64,000 bases of DNA, from positions 12,021 to 76,020 of the forward strand of contig JBEANH010000001.1 of the NCBI GenBank assembly GCA_041165505.1, read 5' to 3'. The notes below the pieces were generated by a model, which saw only the letters and a program-made list of their open reading frames with translations, had not been told where the DNA came from and did not search any database. Positions 1 through 9,335 of the stretch are shown here, one piece after another (the first letter of the stretch is position 1; every line of letters starts with the position of its first letter). Source of the DNA: Chloroflexota bacterium (GTDB lineage Bacteria; Chloroflexota; Chloroflexia; Chloroflexales; Roseiflexaceae). The position numbers and the translations under genes are program-made.

Positions 1-8
1 AGGAAACG

Positions 9-1226
9 ATGACTGATCTACGTGCGGAACTCAAAGCGGTGGTACGGCGTGAAATCGAACAGCATGTGGCCACATTGTACGGTATCAGTGATTGGATGTA
101 CCACAATCCCGAACTGGGCCGTGAGGAGCATCAGGCTGCAGATAAATTAACCGATGTGCTCGGTGAATATGGTGCTACCATTACGCGCAATATTGCGGGA
201 ATGCCTTCTGCATTTGTGGCAAACTTGCCTGCGGCAAAACCGGGACCCAAAATTGGCATTATTGCTGAATATGACGCTTTGCCCGAAGTTGGACACGGGT
301 GTGGCCATAATATCATCGCCACGGCGGCACTTGGTGCTGCCATGGGGCTAGCCCGTGTGAGCGAGCAATTGCCGGGAGCCATCATGGTTTTGGGTACTCC
401 TGCAGAAGAATCAGCAGTGCCCAATGCGGGCGGTAAAATCCACATGATTCGGGAAGGCTATTTTCGTGATTTGGCTGCTGCTATTATGATTCACCCGATG
501 ACCGAAGACCGGCTCGACTACGATTCATCACTCGTGGCACAAGGCTTGGAATTATCGTTTCACGGGAAATCAGCGCATGCGGCGGCTAATCCGCACGACG
601 GTCTTAATGCGCTCGATGCCTTAATTGTGATGTTTTCGAGTGTTGGTTTGCTACGCCAGCAAATACGCACGGATGCGCGCATTCACGGCATCATTACACA
701 TGGTGGTACGGCTCCCAACGTGATTCCCAGTTATACGGCAGCACGCTTCCGCATCCGTGCTGCAGATATCGCATACACCAAAGAATTGTTTGCCCGGGTG
801 ATTGCCTGTGCCGAGGCGGGTGCCAAAGCGACCGGTTGTCGGTTGGAATGGCACGAGTATATGCCTGCATATCTCAACATGCTGCCTAATCGCGCGCTCG
901 GTGAAACGTTCACGCAAAATCTGGAATTGATTGGCCGTCAGGCACGTAAACCAGCATCACGCACTGGTGCCGGATCGACAGATCTGGGGAACGTGAGTCA
1001 TCACGTGCCAGCCATCTGTGCCTACCTCGAAATTTGTGACACGAGTGCGGGGTGGCATTCCACTGCTGTTGCTGATGCCACAATAACACCAAAAGGGCAT
1101 AAGGCCATCCTGGATGGGGCAGTTTCAATGGCCTACACGGCCATTGATCTGCTCCTTGATGGCACCACACTCGATGCAGCTCGCCACGAATTTACCGCCA
1201 CTGCTCGATTTACAGGTGATGTATGA
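9..1226 (+). CDS. M20 family metallo-amidohydrolase (AbgB/HipO-like)
   Basis: 405-aa ORF. Has the HGCGHN metal-ligand motif and a typical M20D layout. AGGAAA lies upstream of the ATG. Its stop overlaps the next start (ATGA). Confidence 0.8.
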   Translation: MTDLRAELKAVVRREIEQHVATLYGISDWMYHNPELGREEHQAADKLTDVLGEYGATITRNIAGMPSAFVANLPAAKPGPKIGIIAEYDALPEVGHGCGHNIIATAALGAAMGLARVSEQLPGAIMVLGTPAEESAVPNAGGKIHMIREGYFRDLAAAIMIHPMTEDRLDYDSSLVAQGLELSFHGKSAHAAANPHDGLNALDALIVMFSSVGLLRQQIRTDARIHGIITHGGTAPNVIPSYTAARFRIRAADIAYTKELFARVIACAEAGAKATGCRLEWHEYMPAYLNMLPNRALGETFTQNLELIGRQARKPASRTGAGSTDLGNVSHHVPAICAYLEICDTSAGWHSTAVADATITPKGHKAILDGAVSMAYTAIDLLLDGTTLDAARHEFTATARFTGDV

Positions 1227-2629
1227 GTGATTCAGTCGTTTTTCAAAGTGCGCGTGCACAGCGTGCGTTGTTGGATGCCCATGCGATTTCTGCCCGCGAA
1301 CTCCTCGATGCTCATTTGGCCCAGATTCGCACACACAATCCTGCAGTGAACGCAATTATCACCATGGATGAAGCAGCTGCATATCGAACTGCTGATACCA
1401 TTGATTCACTGCGTGCGCACGGCGTGATGCCAGGTGTGCTCGCCGGCTTGCCCATGGTGCACAAAGATCTAACCGCAGTAAAGGGGATGCGGTTTACGAG
1501 TGGCTCACCCATCTATGCGGACCGAATCGCCGAGGAAGACTCACACATCGTGCGCCGCATGAAACAGGCTGGGTGCGTGAGCATCGGCAAGAGTAACGTG
1601 CCTGAATTTGGTGCTGGTTCACAGACGTTTAATCCGATTTTCGGTGCGACCACGAATCCGCATAATCTACAAAAGACCTGTGGTGGCAGTAGTGGTGGAG
1701 CCGCTGTGGCACTCGCATGTCGCATGGTCGCACTGGCTGATGGCAGTGATATGGGGGGGTCTCTGCGCAATCCGGCTGCATTTTGTGGTGTCGTCGGATT
1801 TCGTCCGTCGCCGGGTGTCGTGGCAAATAGCGACGATTGGTCGCCTCTTTCCACGGACGGACCGATGGGGCGTAATGTCCAAGATGTTGCATTGCTGTTG
1901 GCTGCGTTGGCGGGGTATGAGCCTGGTGCCAACATGACCATCCCGGTGGATACGCATGCGCTGGCCACGTTGGACGCATGTGCCCTGCGTGGCAAACGTG
2001 TGGCGTGGGCTCCACGCTGGGGAGGCTTGCCAATTGAGCCGGCGTTGGCAGAAGCGTTTGATGCGCAACGCGCCATGCTGGTTTCGCTGGGATGCATCGT
2101 TGAAGATGCATCACCCGACTTCTACGGTGCCGATGAAGCATTTCAAACCTTGCGCGCATTAGCCTTTGCCACGGGGCGTGAGCCACTATTGGCCACACAC
2201 CGTCACCTCATGAAAGATACGGTAGTGTGGAACACCGAGTTCGGATTGTCGTTGACTGGTGCCCAAATTGCCAATGCATATCGCTTGCAAGCACAAGTGA
2301 TTGCATCCATGCGTTCGTTCATGCAACGCTATGATGTGGTAATCGGACCTACCACGCAGGTACTGGCATTCGATGTGGACCAGCCGTATGTGCGTGAGAT
2401 AAACGGGCAAATATTGCCGACATATATTGACTGGATGAAATCGTGTTGGTATATCACGATGACCGCCCATCCTGCGATTTCGATTCCATGTAGCATGTCG
2501 CATACCGGACTGCCGGTCGGCATGCAAATTGTGGGACGGATGCACGATGATATCAATTTGTTGCGCATGGCTACGGCTATCGAATCGGCCATCGATCAAC
2601 GCCAATTTGTACCGGCGTTGATTACGTAG
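1223..2629 (+). CDS. Amidase-signature family amidase
   Basis: 468-aa ORF with the Gly/Ser-rich amidase signature (CGGSSGGAAVALA, GSDMGGSLRNPA). Translationally coupled to the upstream gene. Confidence 0.85.
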   Translation: MSDSVVFQSARAQRALLDAHAISARELLDAHLAQIRTHNPAVNAIITMDEAAAYRTADTIDSLRAHGVMPGVLAGLPMVHKDLTAVKGMRFTSGSPIYADRIAEEDSHIVRRMKQAGCVSIGKSNVPEFGAGSQTFNPIFGATTNPHNLQKTCGGSSGGAAVALACRMVALADGSDMGGSLRNPAAFCGVVGFRPSPGVVANSDDWSPLSTDGPMGRNVQDVALLLAALAGYEPGANMTIPVDTHALATLDACALRGKRVAWAPRWGGLPIEPALAEAFDAQRAMLVSLGCIVEDASPDFYGADEAFQTLRALAFATGREPLLATHRHLMKDTVVWNTEFGLSLTGAQIANAYRLQAQVIASMRSFMQRYDVVIGPTTQVLAFDVDQPYVREINGQILPTYIDWMKSCWYITMTAHPAISIPCSMSHTGLPVGMQIVGRMHDDINLLRMATAIESAIDQRQFVPALIT

Positions 2630-2638
2630 GAGTTTGTC

Positions 2639-3367
2639 ATGCAGTTTGTTTGGTGTGGGCATGCAACCGTGTACATGAAAAACTGTCATGGTACGCGGGT
2701 GATAATAGATGCCTGGGTGGATACGAATCCGGCTTGTGGTGCTGAGATTGCACAACGTGTACGCGAATGGGGCGTGGATGTCATCGTGCTTACCCATGGT
2801 CATAGTGACCACTGTGCGGATTTAGCTGCGCTCCAGCGTGATACGGGAGCCATTGTGTGCTGTCAGTATGACGCCCAGGAATGGGTGACGTATCAACACG
2901 TGCCCCAATCGGCTGTGCGCGCATTCAACAAGGGTGGTAGCGTGACAATCAACGATCTTCGCATCACCATGACGGCAGCACAACACAGCAACAGCTGGCC
3001 GACTGCTGCTGGCGCACGCATGCTTGGCAGTGAGGTTGGGTATGTGTTTCGCAGCACTGGTGACGCAACCGTGTATGCGGCGGGTGACACCACCGTGATG
3101 GCTGATATGGCGATTATTGGCGATCTATATCAGCCCCATGTGGCACTATTGCCAATTGGAGATCGCTATACGATGGGGCCGTACGAGGCCGCATACGCGA
3201 CCAAATTGATTCATCCGCAAGCCGTACTACCGATTCATTATGCGACGTTTCCCGATCTGACTGGTACTCCTGACCTGTTTCGTGCTGAACTAATGCAGCG
3301 TGGAGTAGACGTAGATGTACTTGCGCCGCCGGTCGGTGAATGGATTACTTGGAGTATTAATTCATGA
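2639..3367 (+). CDS. Metallo-beta-lactamase-fold hydrolase (UPF0173-like)
   Basis: 242 aa with an HGHSDH zinc motif. AGGAG RBS 7 nt upstream. Confidence 0.8.
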   Translation: MQFVWCGHATVYMKNCHGTRVIIDAWVDTNPACGAEIAQRVREWGVDVIVLTHGHSDHCADLAALQRDTGAIVCCQYDAQEWVTYQHVPQSAVRAFNKGGSVTINDLRITMTAAQHSNSWPTAAGARMLGSEVGYVFRSTGDATVYAAGDTTVMADMAIIGDLYQPHVALLPIGDRYTMGPYEAAYATKLIHPQAVLPIHYATFPDLTGTPDLFRAELMQRGVDVDVLAPPVGEWITWSINS

Positions 3368-4320
3368 AGATTATCTTGCCTGCTCAAGTCGTACATCACG
3401 CAGAAACCCGTATCCGGGCCAAATATCCCGATGTACAGATAGTGACAACCAACGACGATGGAATCCCAAATGGCGATGTTTCAGATGCCACCATCCTTGT
3501 ACGTTGGTGGTATACGCTCGAGGATTTCATGCGTATTATGCATATGGCCCCCAATATTAAATGGGTCTATACCCCTAGTGCGGGTATCGAGTACATGGAC
3601 CTCGACTATCTGCAAGCACGGAATATTGTGCTCACCAATGCGGCGGGAGTACATGCGATTCCTATTGCGGAATTCATCATGATGTTTATTCTGTATCATG
3701 CCAAACGTGGCCCGCTGTTGCGTGATTTTCCCCGTGAACAGTGGGAAGAGGTTGAGCGCACCAAACTCGATGAACTATACGGAAAAACGATGGCAATCAT
3801 CGGTCTTGGCGGGATTGGCCAAGAAACGGCGAAACGCGCTAAAGCATTTGGAATGCGTGTGGTGGGTAGTCGGCGGCGACCACAGGTCACCTCATTCGTG
3901 GATCACGTGGTGAGTGACGATGAATGGCGTTCCTTATTACCCGATGCGGACATCGTGGTGCTGTCTACTCCACTCACAGATCGAACCCGTGGCATGATTG
4001 ATGCGAGTGCGTTTGCACTAATGAAACCAACGGCATACATCGTGAATGTGGCACGTGGGAATGTCATCAACACGGACGATTTGATTGATGCGTTGACGCA
4101 CAACAAAATCGCGGGGGCGGGATTGGATGTACAGCCCGAAGAGCCGTTGCCCGTGTCGCATCCATTGTGGGATGCTCCTAATGTGTGGATAACACCGCAT
4201 ATCTCTGCATCGTCGCCCAAAACCCGGACACGGATGATGGAGCTTTTCCTGGAAAACTTGGACCGATTTGTGCATAATCAACCACTCCAGCAAGTGGTGA
4301 ATTACAGCGAAGGATACTAG
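3364..4320 (+). CDS. D-isomer-specific 2-hydroxyacid dehydrogenase, NAD-binding
   Basis: 318 aa with a GLGGIGQE Rossmann motif. The conserved ARG and C-terminal TPHIS segments are typical of the family. ATGA overlap with the upstream gene. Confidence 0.8.
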   Translation: MKIILPAQVVHHAETRIRAKYPDVQIVTTNDDGIPNGDVSDATILVRWWYTLEDFMRIMHMAPNIKWVYTPSAGIEYMDLDYLQARNIVLTNAAGVHAIPIAEFIMMFILYHAKRGPLLRDFPREQWEEVERTKLDELYGKTMAIIGLGGIGQETAKRAKAFGMRVVGSRRRPQVTSFVDHVVSDDEWRSLLPDADIVVLSTPLTDRTRGMIDASAFALMKPTAYIVNVARGNVINTDDLIDALTHNKIAGAGLDVQPEEPLPVSHPLWDAPNVWITPHISASSPKTRTRMMELFLENLDRFVHNQPLQQVVNYSEGY

Positions 4321-4321
4321 C

Positions 4322-5287
4322 GTGTTTGTGGGTGTAGATGTGGGTGGAACAAAAACCGAAGCAGTTGCAGTGGATGTACATGGTGTCGTCCATGCACGCG
4401 TTATTGCGGGTTCAGGAAATTGGGAAGGTATCGGGCTAGAGGCAGCGGCGCAGTTGTATGCGGATATCATCCAACGTCTGCTCAACACACTTCAGCTTTC
4501 TCCAGACGCAATTACTGCACATGCATGGGGATTGGCTGGGTTGGACTGGCCATCCGATGATGCACGACTGCGCCCGTTGATTGCACCACTGCTCCCTGCT
4601 GCACCGTGTACGCTCGTGAACGATGCCTTTTTGCCACTCCGTGCAGGGGCTCGTAATTCCTATGGGGTGGGAGTTATCGCTGGCACCGGGAGTACGGTCG
4701 CCGGGATTGGTCGGAGTGGCGCACGATACCGCACGTTTGGCTTGGGGAGCATGTGGGGCGACTTTGATGGTGCACAAGGGATCGCATATGCGGCATTACA
4801 ACAACTGACCCGGGCATATTACCGTAATCAGGCTCCGTCGCAACTGTTGCAGGCACTGCTCACGTGGTCCGGTTTTGCTTCATTGCCAGCACTTGCCGAA
4901 GCCGTATCACGTGATGAATTCACTCAGAATATTGCTACATTTGCTCCCATTGTCATGCAGGCTGCTCGTGCCGGAGACGCGATTGCAGGTGCAGTCATCG
5001 CTTCTGCTGCACGTCTCCTCGCAGAAAATGCGGGAATTGTTGCACAACAGCTCGATTTGACTGCACACGAGTTTGATGTGGTGCTGGCAGGAGGAGTTGC
5101 AACAGGGGCGGCTGATGTGTTTCATGACACCTTTGTGCAAACCCTTCACTCCTATGCACCGCACGCATCAGTGCAAATCTTGAGCTGTCGCCCTGTCGTG
5201 GGTGCGGTGCTATTGGCGGCAGATAGCGTTGATTCTCAATTCGCTCGCACCATGCAATTAGCCTTGGCATCAAAGGAAGCACAGTGA
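4322..5287 (+). CDS. BadF/BadG/BcrA/BcrD-type ATPase (N-acetylglucosamine-kinase-like)
   Basis: 321 aa with a GTG start. N-terminal VGVDVGGTKT phosphate-1 motif of the ASKHA fold. GAAGGA RBS. Confidence 0.7.
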   Translation: MFVGVDVGGTKTEAVAVDVHGVVHARVIAGSGNWEGIGLEAAAQLYADIIQRLLNTLQLSPDAITAHAWGLAGLDWPSDDARLRPLIAPLLPAAPCTLVNDAFLPLRAGARNSYGVGVIAGTGSTVAGIGRSGARYRTFGLGSMWGDFDGAQGIAYAALQQLTRAYYRNQAPSQLLQALLTWSGFASLPALAEAVSRDEFTQNIATFAPIVMQAARAGDAIAGAVIASAARLLAENAGIVAQQLDLTAHEFDVVLAGGVATGAADVFHDTFVQTLHSYAPHASVQILSCRPVVGAVLLAADSVDSQFARTMQLALASKEAQ

Positions 5288-6591
5288 TACAGTTCGGTCG
5301 TTTGGTTGTGTGGGGTTTGATTTTGGTGGTCGTCGCAGCTTGTGCAGTACCACCTGCTGCATCACCAACGGCAACGCTGGTGCCTACTGTTGTGCCCACA
5401 CAGACAGCTGTGCCCGTTGCCACTGCAACCGTTGCCGTGATTACACCGACTGCCGAGGTGGTGACCAACGCAGGACCGTTGCAAATACGCCTCATCCATG
5501 ACACGAACAATACCCCACAACCGATGGTAGATATCATTACTAGTACTGCCAAATTAGCTCAGCTCGATGTAGTCGTGGATGTGCGTAGCCCGGATGGAAG
5601 TTACGCTCTGGCAGCGCTAACTGAGCTTCAGACGACTCCCGATGTGTGGATTGGCAGTGAGTACGATTTGCAACAACTCATCCGATTGGGTGTAGTTGCT
5701 ACGGATACCACGGCGCTCCAAGTTGCACACTATTCCTATCTCGATGATGCCATGGTGCGAAACCAGGGGTATGCGGTGCACCCAATCGGATTGCGTAATT
5801 ATCTCGTGAGTATCGGTAATAGTCAGTTTCTCGATTCGTTGCCAGAGACTACTGCTGATCTCATGAGCATCGGTGCCAGTATCCGTGGTCGTGTACGATA
5901 CAAGATGGCGTATTCGTGGCCAGAAGGGCGCTGGTTTGCCATGATGCTCGATCAGCTCGGTGCACAAACGGTGCTGACCCAGACCAATTCACTCCTACCG
6001 GAATCCATGCTCGTCACGGCGCTGACGTCGCTCGACGAATTGCGCACGCTGGGACCTCGCGATGCAACCACGTACGTGGAAGCCACCAGCGATTTTATCA
6101 ACTGGTATGTACCCTACAGCATAGACGGGGATGCCGCAATCCGACGCTACGAAAAATATGCAGAGGATGTGCCATTGCGTTTTGCACCACCACCTACCTA
6201 TAGTGCGAGTGGCCAGCGACTGATGCCTGCCGTGGATGTGGTCTATGCCATCATTCCGAAGTCGTTGTCGCCTCAGCGACGCAGGGATGTGGAATCGTTG
6301 ATCCGTGGCTTGCAAACCAGTGACGCACAAGTCACACTGTTCACCAACATGCGCTGGATTCCAATCAATCGAGGGGTGATAGAATCAGGTGTCCTCGCGG
6401 GTGATCCATTGTACGTCGCGCTCGAGCCGTTGATTCCCACGCTGACAACACAAGCATATGATGAAGCTACCATTTGTCGCTGGGATGCATACGAGCAGAT
6501 ACTTCCGTTGGTGTTGCTTAACACGATACGAGTGCCAGCCGGGGCAACGGCCATCAACATGGCATTACAGGCATGTATCATCGAGCCGTAA
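5284..6591 (+). CDS. Lipoprotein, extracellular solute-binding-protein-like, function unknown
   Basis: 435 aa. Signal peptide with lipobox (VVAAC), followed by a Thr/Pro/Val-rich linker. GTGA overlap with the upstream gene. No adjacent permease. Confidence 0.5.
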   Translation: MIQFGRLVVWGLILVVVAACAVPPAASPTATLVPTVVPTQTAVPVATATVAVITPTAEVVTNAGPLQIRLIHDTNNTPQPMVDIITSTAKLAQLDVVVDVRSPDGSYALAALTELQTTPDVWIGSEYDLQQLIRLGVVATDTTALQVAHYSYLDDAMVRNQGYAVHPIGLRNYLVSIGNSQFLDSLPETTADLMSIGASIRGRVRYKMAYSWPEGRWFAMMLDQLGAQTVLTQTNSLLPESMLVTALTSLDELRTLGPRDATTYVEATSDFINWYVPYSIDGDAAIRRYEKYAEDVPLRFAPPPTYSASGQRLMPAVDVVYAIIPKSLSPQRRRDVESLIRGLQTSDAQVTLFTNMRWIPINRGVIESGVLAGDPLYVALEPLIPTLTTQAYDEATICRWDAYEQILPLVLLNTIRVPAGATAINMALQACIIEP

Positions 6592-6601
6592 TCTGTATCA
6601 G

Positions 6602-6630
6602 TTGTCAACTACACAGAGTAATGCTATAGT
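6602..6630 (+). promoter_or_regulatory. Sigma70-like promoter TTGTCA-17-TATAGT
   Basis: TTGTCA at 6602-6607, a 17-nt spacer ending in TGC, and TATAGT at 6625-6630. GGAG RBS and ATG at 6648 follow downstream. Confidence 0.5.
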
Positions 6631-6647
6631 CTGTAGTGGAGTAAGCG

Positions 6648-7610
6648 ATGACAAACACACTACAACAATTGCGCCAACAGAGTGGGCTTTCCATGGTGGA
6701 TGTGGCAGCACGTACAGGCATTCCGGTACGTGATATTGCTGCAGCCGAACATGGCATGCGTGCACTCGATCCATCACAACTCGCATTAGTGAGTGAGTTG
6801 TACCAGGTGACTAACACACGATTACTGCGCATCCCCAAAACGCGTGGTGCGTCGCCCTATGCGTGGATTCTCGGACTAGGAACGATATTCATAATTGCGT
6901 CAGCAATTGTTATGCTCGGTGGTTCGCTGCTGGTCATGAGTATCCCTGCAACACGCATGATGAGTGATACACGTATTATTTCGCAACACAGTGATAATCC
7001 CGACGGTGCAAGTGCCGTCTTGCGCCAGCGACTGGTACAGATGGCATTGAGTCCGGCCATGTCACAACAAATCATGCAACTTGATGCACAGGAAACAGGT
7101 GCAATAGCCGAACCTATCGTGCTGCCGGAAAGCCACCCGATGGCGGCAATTGCATCGAAACGAGGCTTGCCCGGCGCTCCCTTTGGATGTCCGGTGCGCC
7201 CAGAAGTGGGCAGTGTGGTGATGACACAAGGCTATGGTGTTGGAACACACGCACCGGCATCAATCTGGGGAGCCGTAGACTTAGCCGTGGACGGGAATGG
7301 TGACGGCTATGCTGATCCGGCGGCTACTACTGGAGCCCCCATTGTAGCGCTTCATTCGGGTATTGCCCGGGTGGTGCCCAACAACTGGTTGGCAGGCAAT
7401 TACGTACGAATCAGCGACGGTATTAACGGGTGGGCAACCGCATACGCCCATTTGAGCAAACTCAATATCGTTTCTGGACAGCAAGTGGAAACGGGTGATG
7501 TGATTGGTTGGGTAGGCACAACGGGGTATTCGAGTGGGCCGCATTTGCATTACGAAGTTTACCAGAATGAGGTAAACATTAATCCACTCTCCATTCTCGA
7601 GTGTTGGTGA
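6648..7610 (+). CDS. Membrane-anchored XRE-type HTH protein with extracytoplasmic M23 (LytM) peptidase domain
   Basis: 320 aa. The N-terminal Cro/C1-type HTH spans aa 1-55. A single TM helix lies at about aa 71-98. The C-terminal M23 domain has AYAHLS and GPHLHYEV motifs, and the first HxxxD motif reads WGAVD. Confidence 0.8.
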   Translation: MTNTLQQLRQQSGLSMVDVAARTGIPVRDIAAAEHGMRALDPSQLALVSELYQVTNTRLLRIPKTRGASPYAWILGLGTIFIIASAIVMLGGSLLVMSIPATRMMSDTRIISQHSDNPDGASAVLRQRLVQMALSPAMSQQIMQLDAQETGAIAEPIVLPESHPMAAIASKRGLPGAPFGCPVRPEVGSVVMTQGYGVGTHAPASIWGAVDLAVDGNGDGYADPAATTGAPIVALHSGIARVVPNNWLAGNYVRISDGINGWATAYAHLSKLNIVSGQQVETGDVIGWVGTTGYSSGPHLHYEVYQNEVNINPLSILECW

Positions 7611-7633
7611 TACAATACAGCTAGTACGCAATG

Positions 7634-7664
7634 GAGCGGAACCATATGGTTCCGCTCTTTTTTT
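7634..7664 (+). terminator. Rho-independent terminator
   Basis: GAGCGGAACC-ATAT-GGTTCCGCTC stem-loop followed by T7, 24 nt after the M23 gene stop. Confidence 0.8.
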
Positions 7665-7672
7665 AGGAGCAG

Positions 7673-9253
7673 ATGGCCATGAATCGCATTCTGGTGACTG
7701 AACCACTCGCCGAGGAAGGGCTTGCGCATCTGCGTGAGCACGCCCATGTAGATGTGCTCACGTCGTTGACTCGCGTCGAGCTCCTTGCAGCCATTCAGCA
7801 GTACGATGCGCTGGTGGTCCGGAGTGCCACCAAAGTAGATACAGAACTGTTGACTGCAGGGAGTAAATTACGTGTAGTAGGTCGCGCTGGTACGGGCGTG
7901 GACAACATTGACGTAGAAAGTGCCACCCGACGGGGCATCGTGGTGGTTAATGCACCAGCATCAAATAGCGTGGCGGTGGCAGAGCTTGCTATTGGATTAT
8001 TGTTGTCGTTGGCACGCCACCTTCCGCAGGCTCATGCCCATGTGGTGGCCGGTGGCTGGAGTCGCGCCAAGTACATGGGGCGCGAAGTGCGTGGTAAAAC
8101 GCTCGGGCTGGTGGGCTTTGGCCGGATTGGTGCCGAGGTCTCGCGCCGCGCTCGTGCGCTCGAGATGGACATTATCGCCTATGACCCGGTTGTTTCTACC
8201 GAGCGCGCATTACAGTTGGGGGTCACGCTGTGTACACTCGACGAAGTGTTGCAACAGAGCGATTTTATTTCGTTGCATGTGCCCCTCATCGATGCAACAC
8301 GCCACATGATAAATGCGCAACGCCTCGCCCTGATGAAACCAGGTGCATGTATTATCAATGCGGCACGTGGTGGTGTGATTGATGAATCCGCTCTATTCGA
8401 CGCTTTGCAACAGGGGCGCATCGCAGGCGCAGCCATTGATGCATTCGAAAAAGAACCGCCCACCGATTCTCCGTTGCTTGGCCACCCGAAAGTCATCGCC
8501 ATTCCGCATTTGGGTGCGTCCACTGTAGAGGCGCAAGCACTGACTGGTGTGGATGTGGCCGAAGGTGTGCTCGACGCACTGAATGGGCTGTCACCCCGCT
8601 ATGCGGTGAATGCTCCCTATATTGCACCAGAGGATATTGGGGTGCTTGCTCCATATGCGACATTGGCGCGCTGTTTGGGTAAATTGAGCATTGGCTTGGT
8701 CAATGAGCCCGTGCAACGCTACGAGTTTATTTATGCGGGTGAATTATCCAATGTAAACACGGCACCGTTGCGTACAGCGCTCCTTCAGGGTATCTTGTCG
8801 GATGTGAGTGAGCAGCGGATTACGGCAGTGAATGCACCGATTATTGCCAAGGAGCGCGGCGTGCGCTTCAACGAGCGCACGATGCCTGAGGTCGAGAATT
8901 ATGCAGGTATGCTGGCCTTACAAGCGCATACTGCGAGCGGTGTACGTACGTATAGTGGTACCGTTCTTCGCGACCGACCATATGTTGTCGAACTTGACGG
9001 CTATTGGGTGACGTTCGAGCCCACAGGCTCACTCTTGTTCACGTACCACCGTGACCGTCCTGGTATGATTGGCATGGTGGGTACGTTACTCGGTGAATAC
9101 GATGTAAATATCTCGAGTATGCAGGTCGGGCGATTGGCCCCACGTGAGCAATCATTGATGGTACTGACTCTGGATGACACCGTCCCCAACGATGTGGTGA
9201 TTCGACTCCAGACCGAAGCAGACATTGAACGTGCCGTGGCAATTGACGTGTAG
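7673..9253 (+). CDS. serA: D-3-phosphoglycerate dehydrogenase
   Basis: 526 aa with the GFGRIGAEV NAD motif, the 2-hydroxyacid DH catalytic region, and C-terminal ASB plus ACT domains. An alternative ATG at 7679 has better spacing to the AGGAG. Confidence 0.9.
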   Translation: MAMNRILVTEPLAEEGLAHLREHAHVDVLTSLTRVELLAAIQQYDALVVRSATKVDTELLTAGSKLRVVGRAGTGVDNIDVESATRRGIVVVNAPASNSVAVAELAIGLLLSLARHLPQAHAHVVAGGWSRAKYMGREVRGKTLGLVGFGRIGAEVSRRARALEMDIIAYDPVVSTERALQLGVTLCTLDEVLQQSDFISLHVPLIDATRHMINAQRLALMKPGACIINAARGGVIDESALFDALQQGRIAGAAIDAFEKEPPTDSPLLGHPKVIAIPHLGASTVEAQALTGVDVAEGVLDALNGLSPRYAVNAPYIAPEDIGVLAPYATLARCLGKLSIGLVNEPVQRYEFIYAGELSNVNTAPLRTALLQGILSDVSEQRITAVNAPIIAKERGVRFNERTMPEVENYAGMLALQAHTASGVRTYSGTVLRDRPYVVELDGYWVTFEPTGSLLFTYHRDRPGMIGMVGTLLGEYDVNISSMQVGRLAPREQSLMVLTLDDTVPNDVVIRLQTEADIERAVAIDV

Positions 9254-9271
9254 TACGCGAACATCACACAA

Positions 9272-9309
9272 CAACACCCCTGTGCGTCTACCGATGCACA
9301 GGGGTGTTG
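9272..9309. terminator. Bidirectional hairpin between convergent serA and clpC
   Basis: Perfect 14-bp stem (CAACACCCCTGTGC / GCACAGGGGTGTTG) with a 10-nt loop. There is no clear U-tract. Confidence 0.55.
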
Positions 9310-9335
9310 CGTGATATGTGGAGTGTGTCAGTGTC

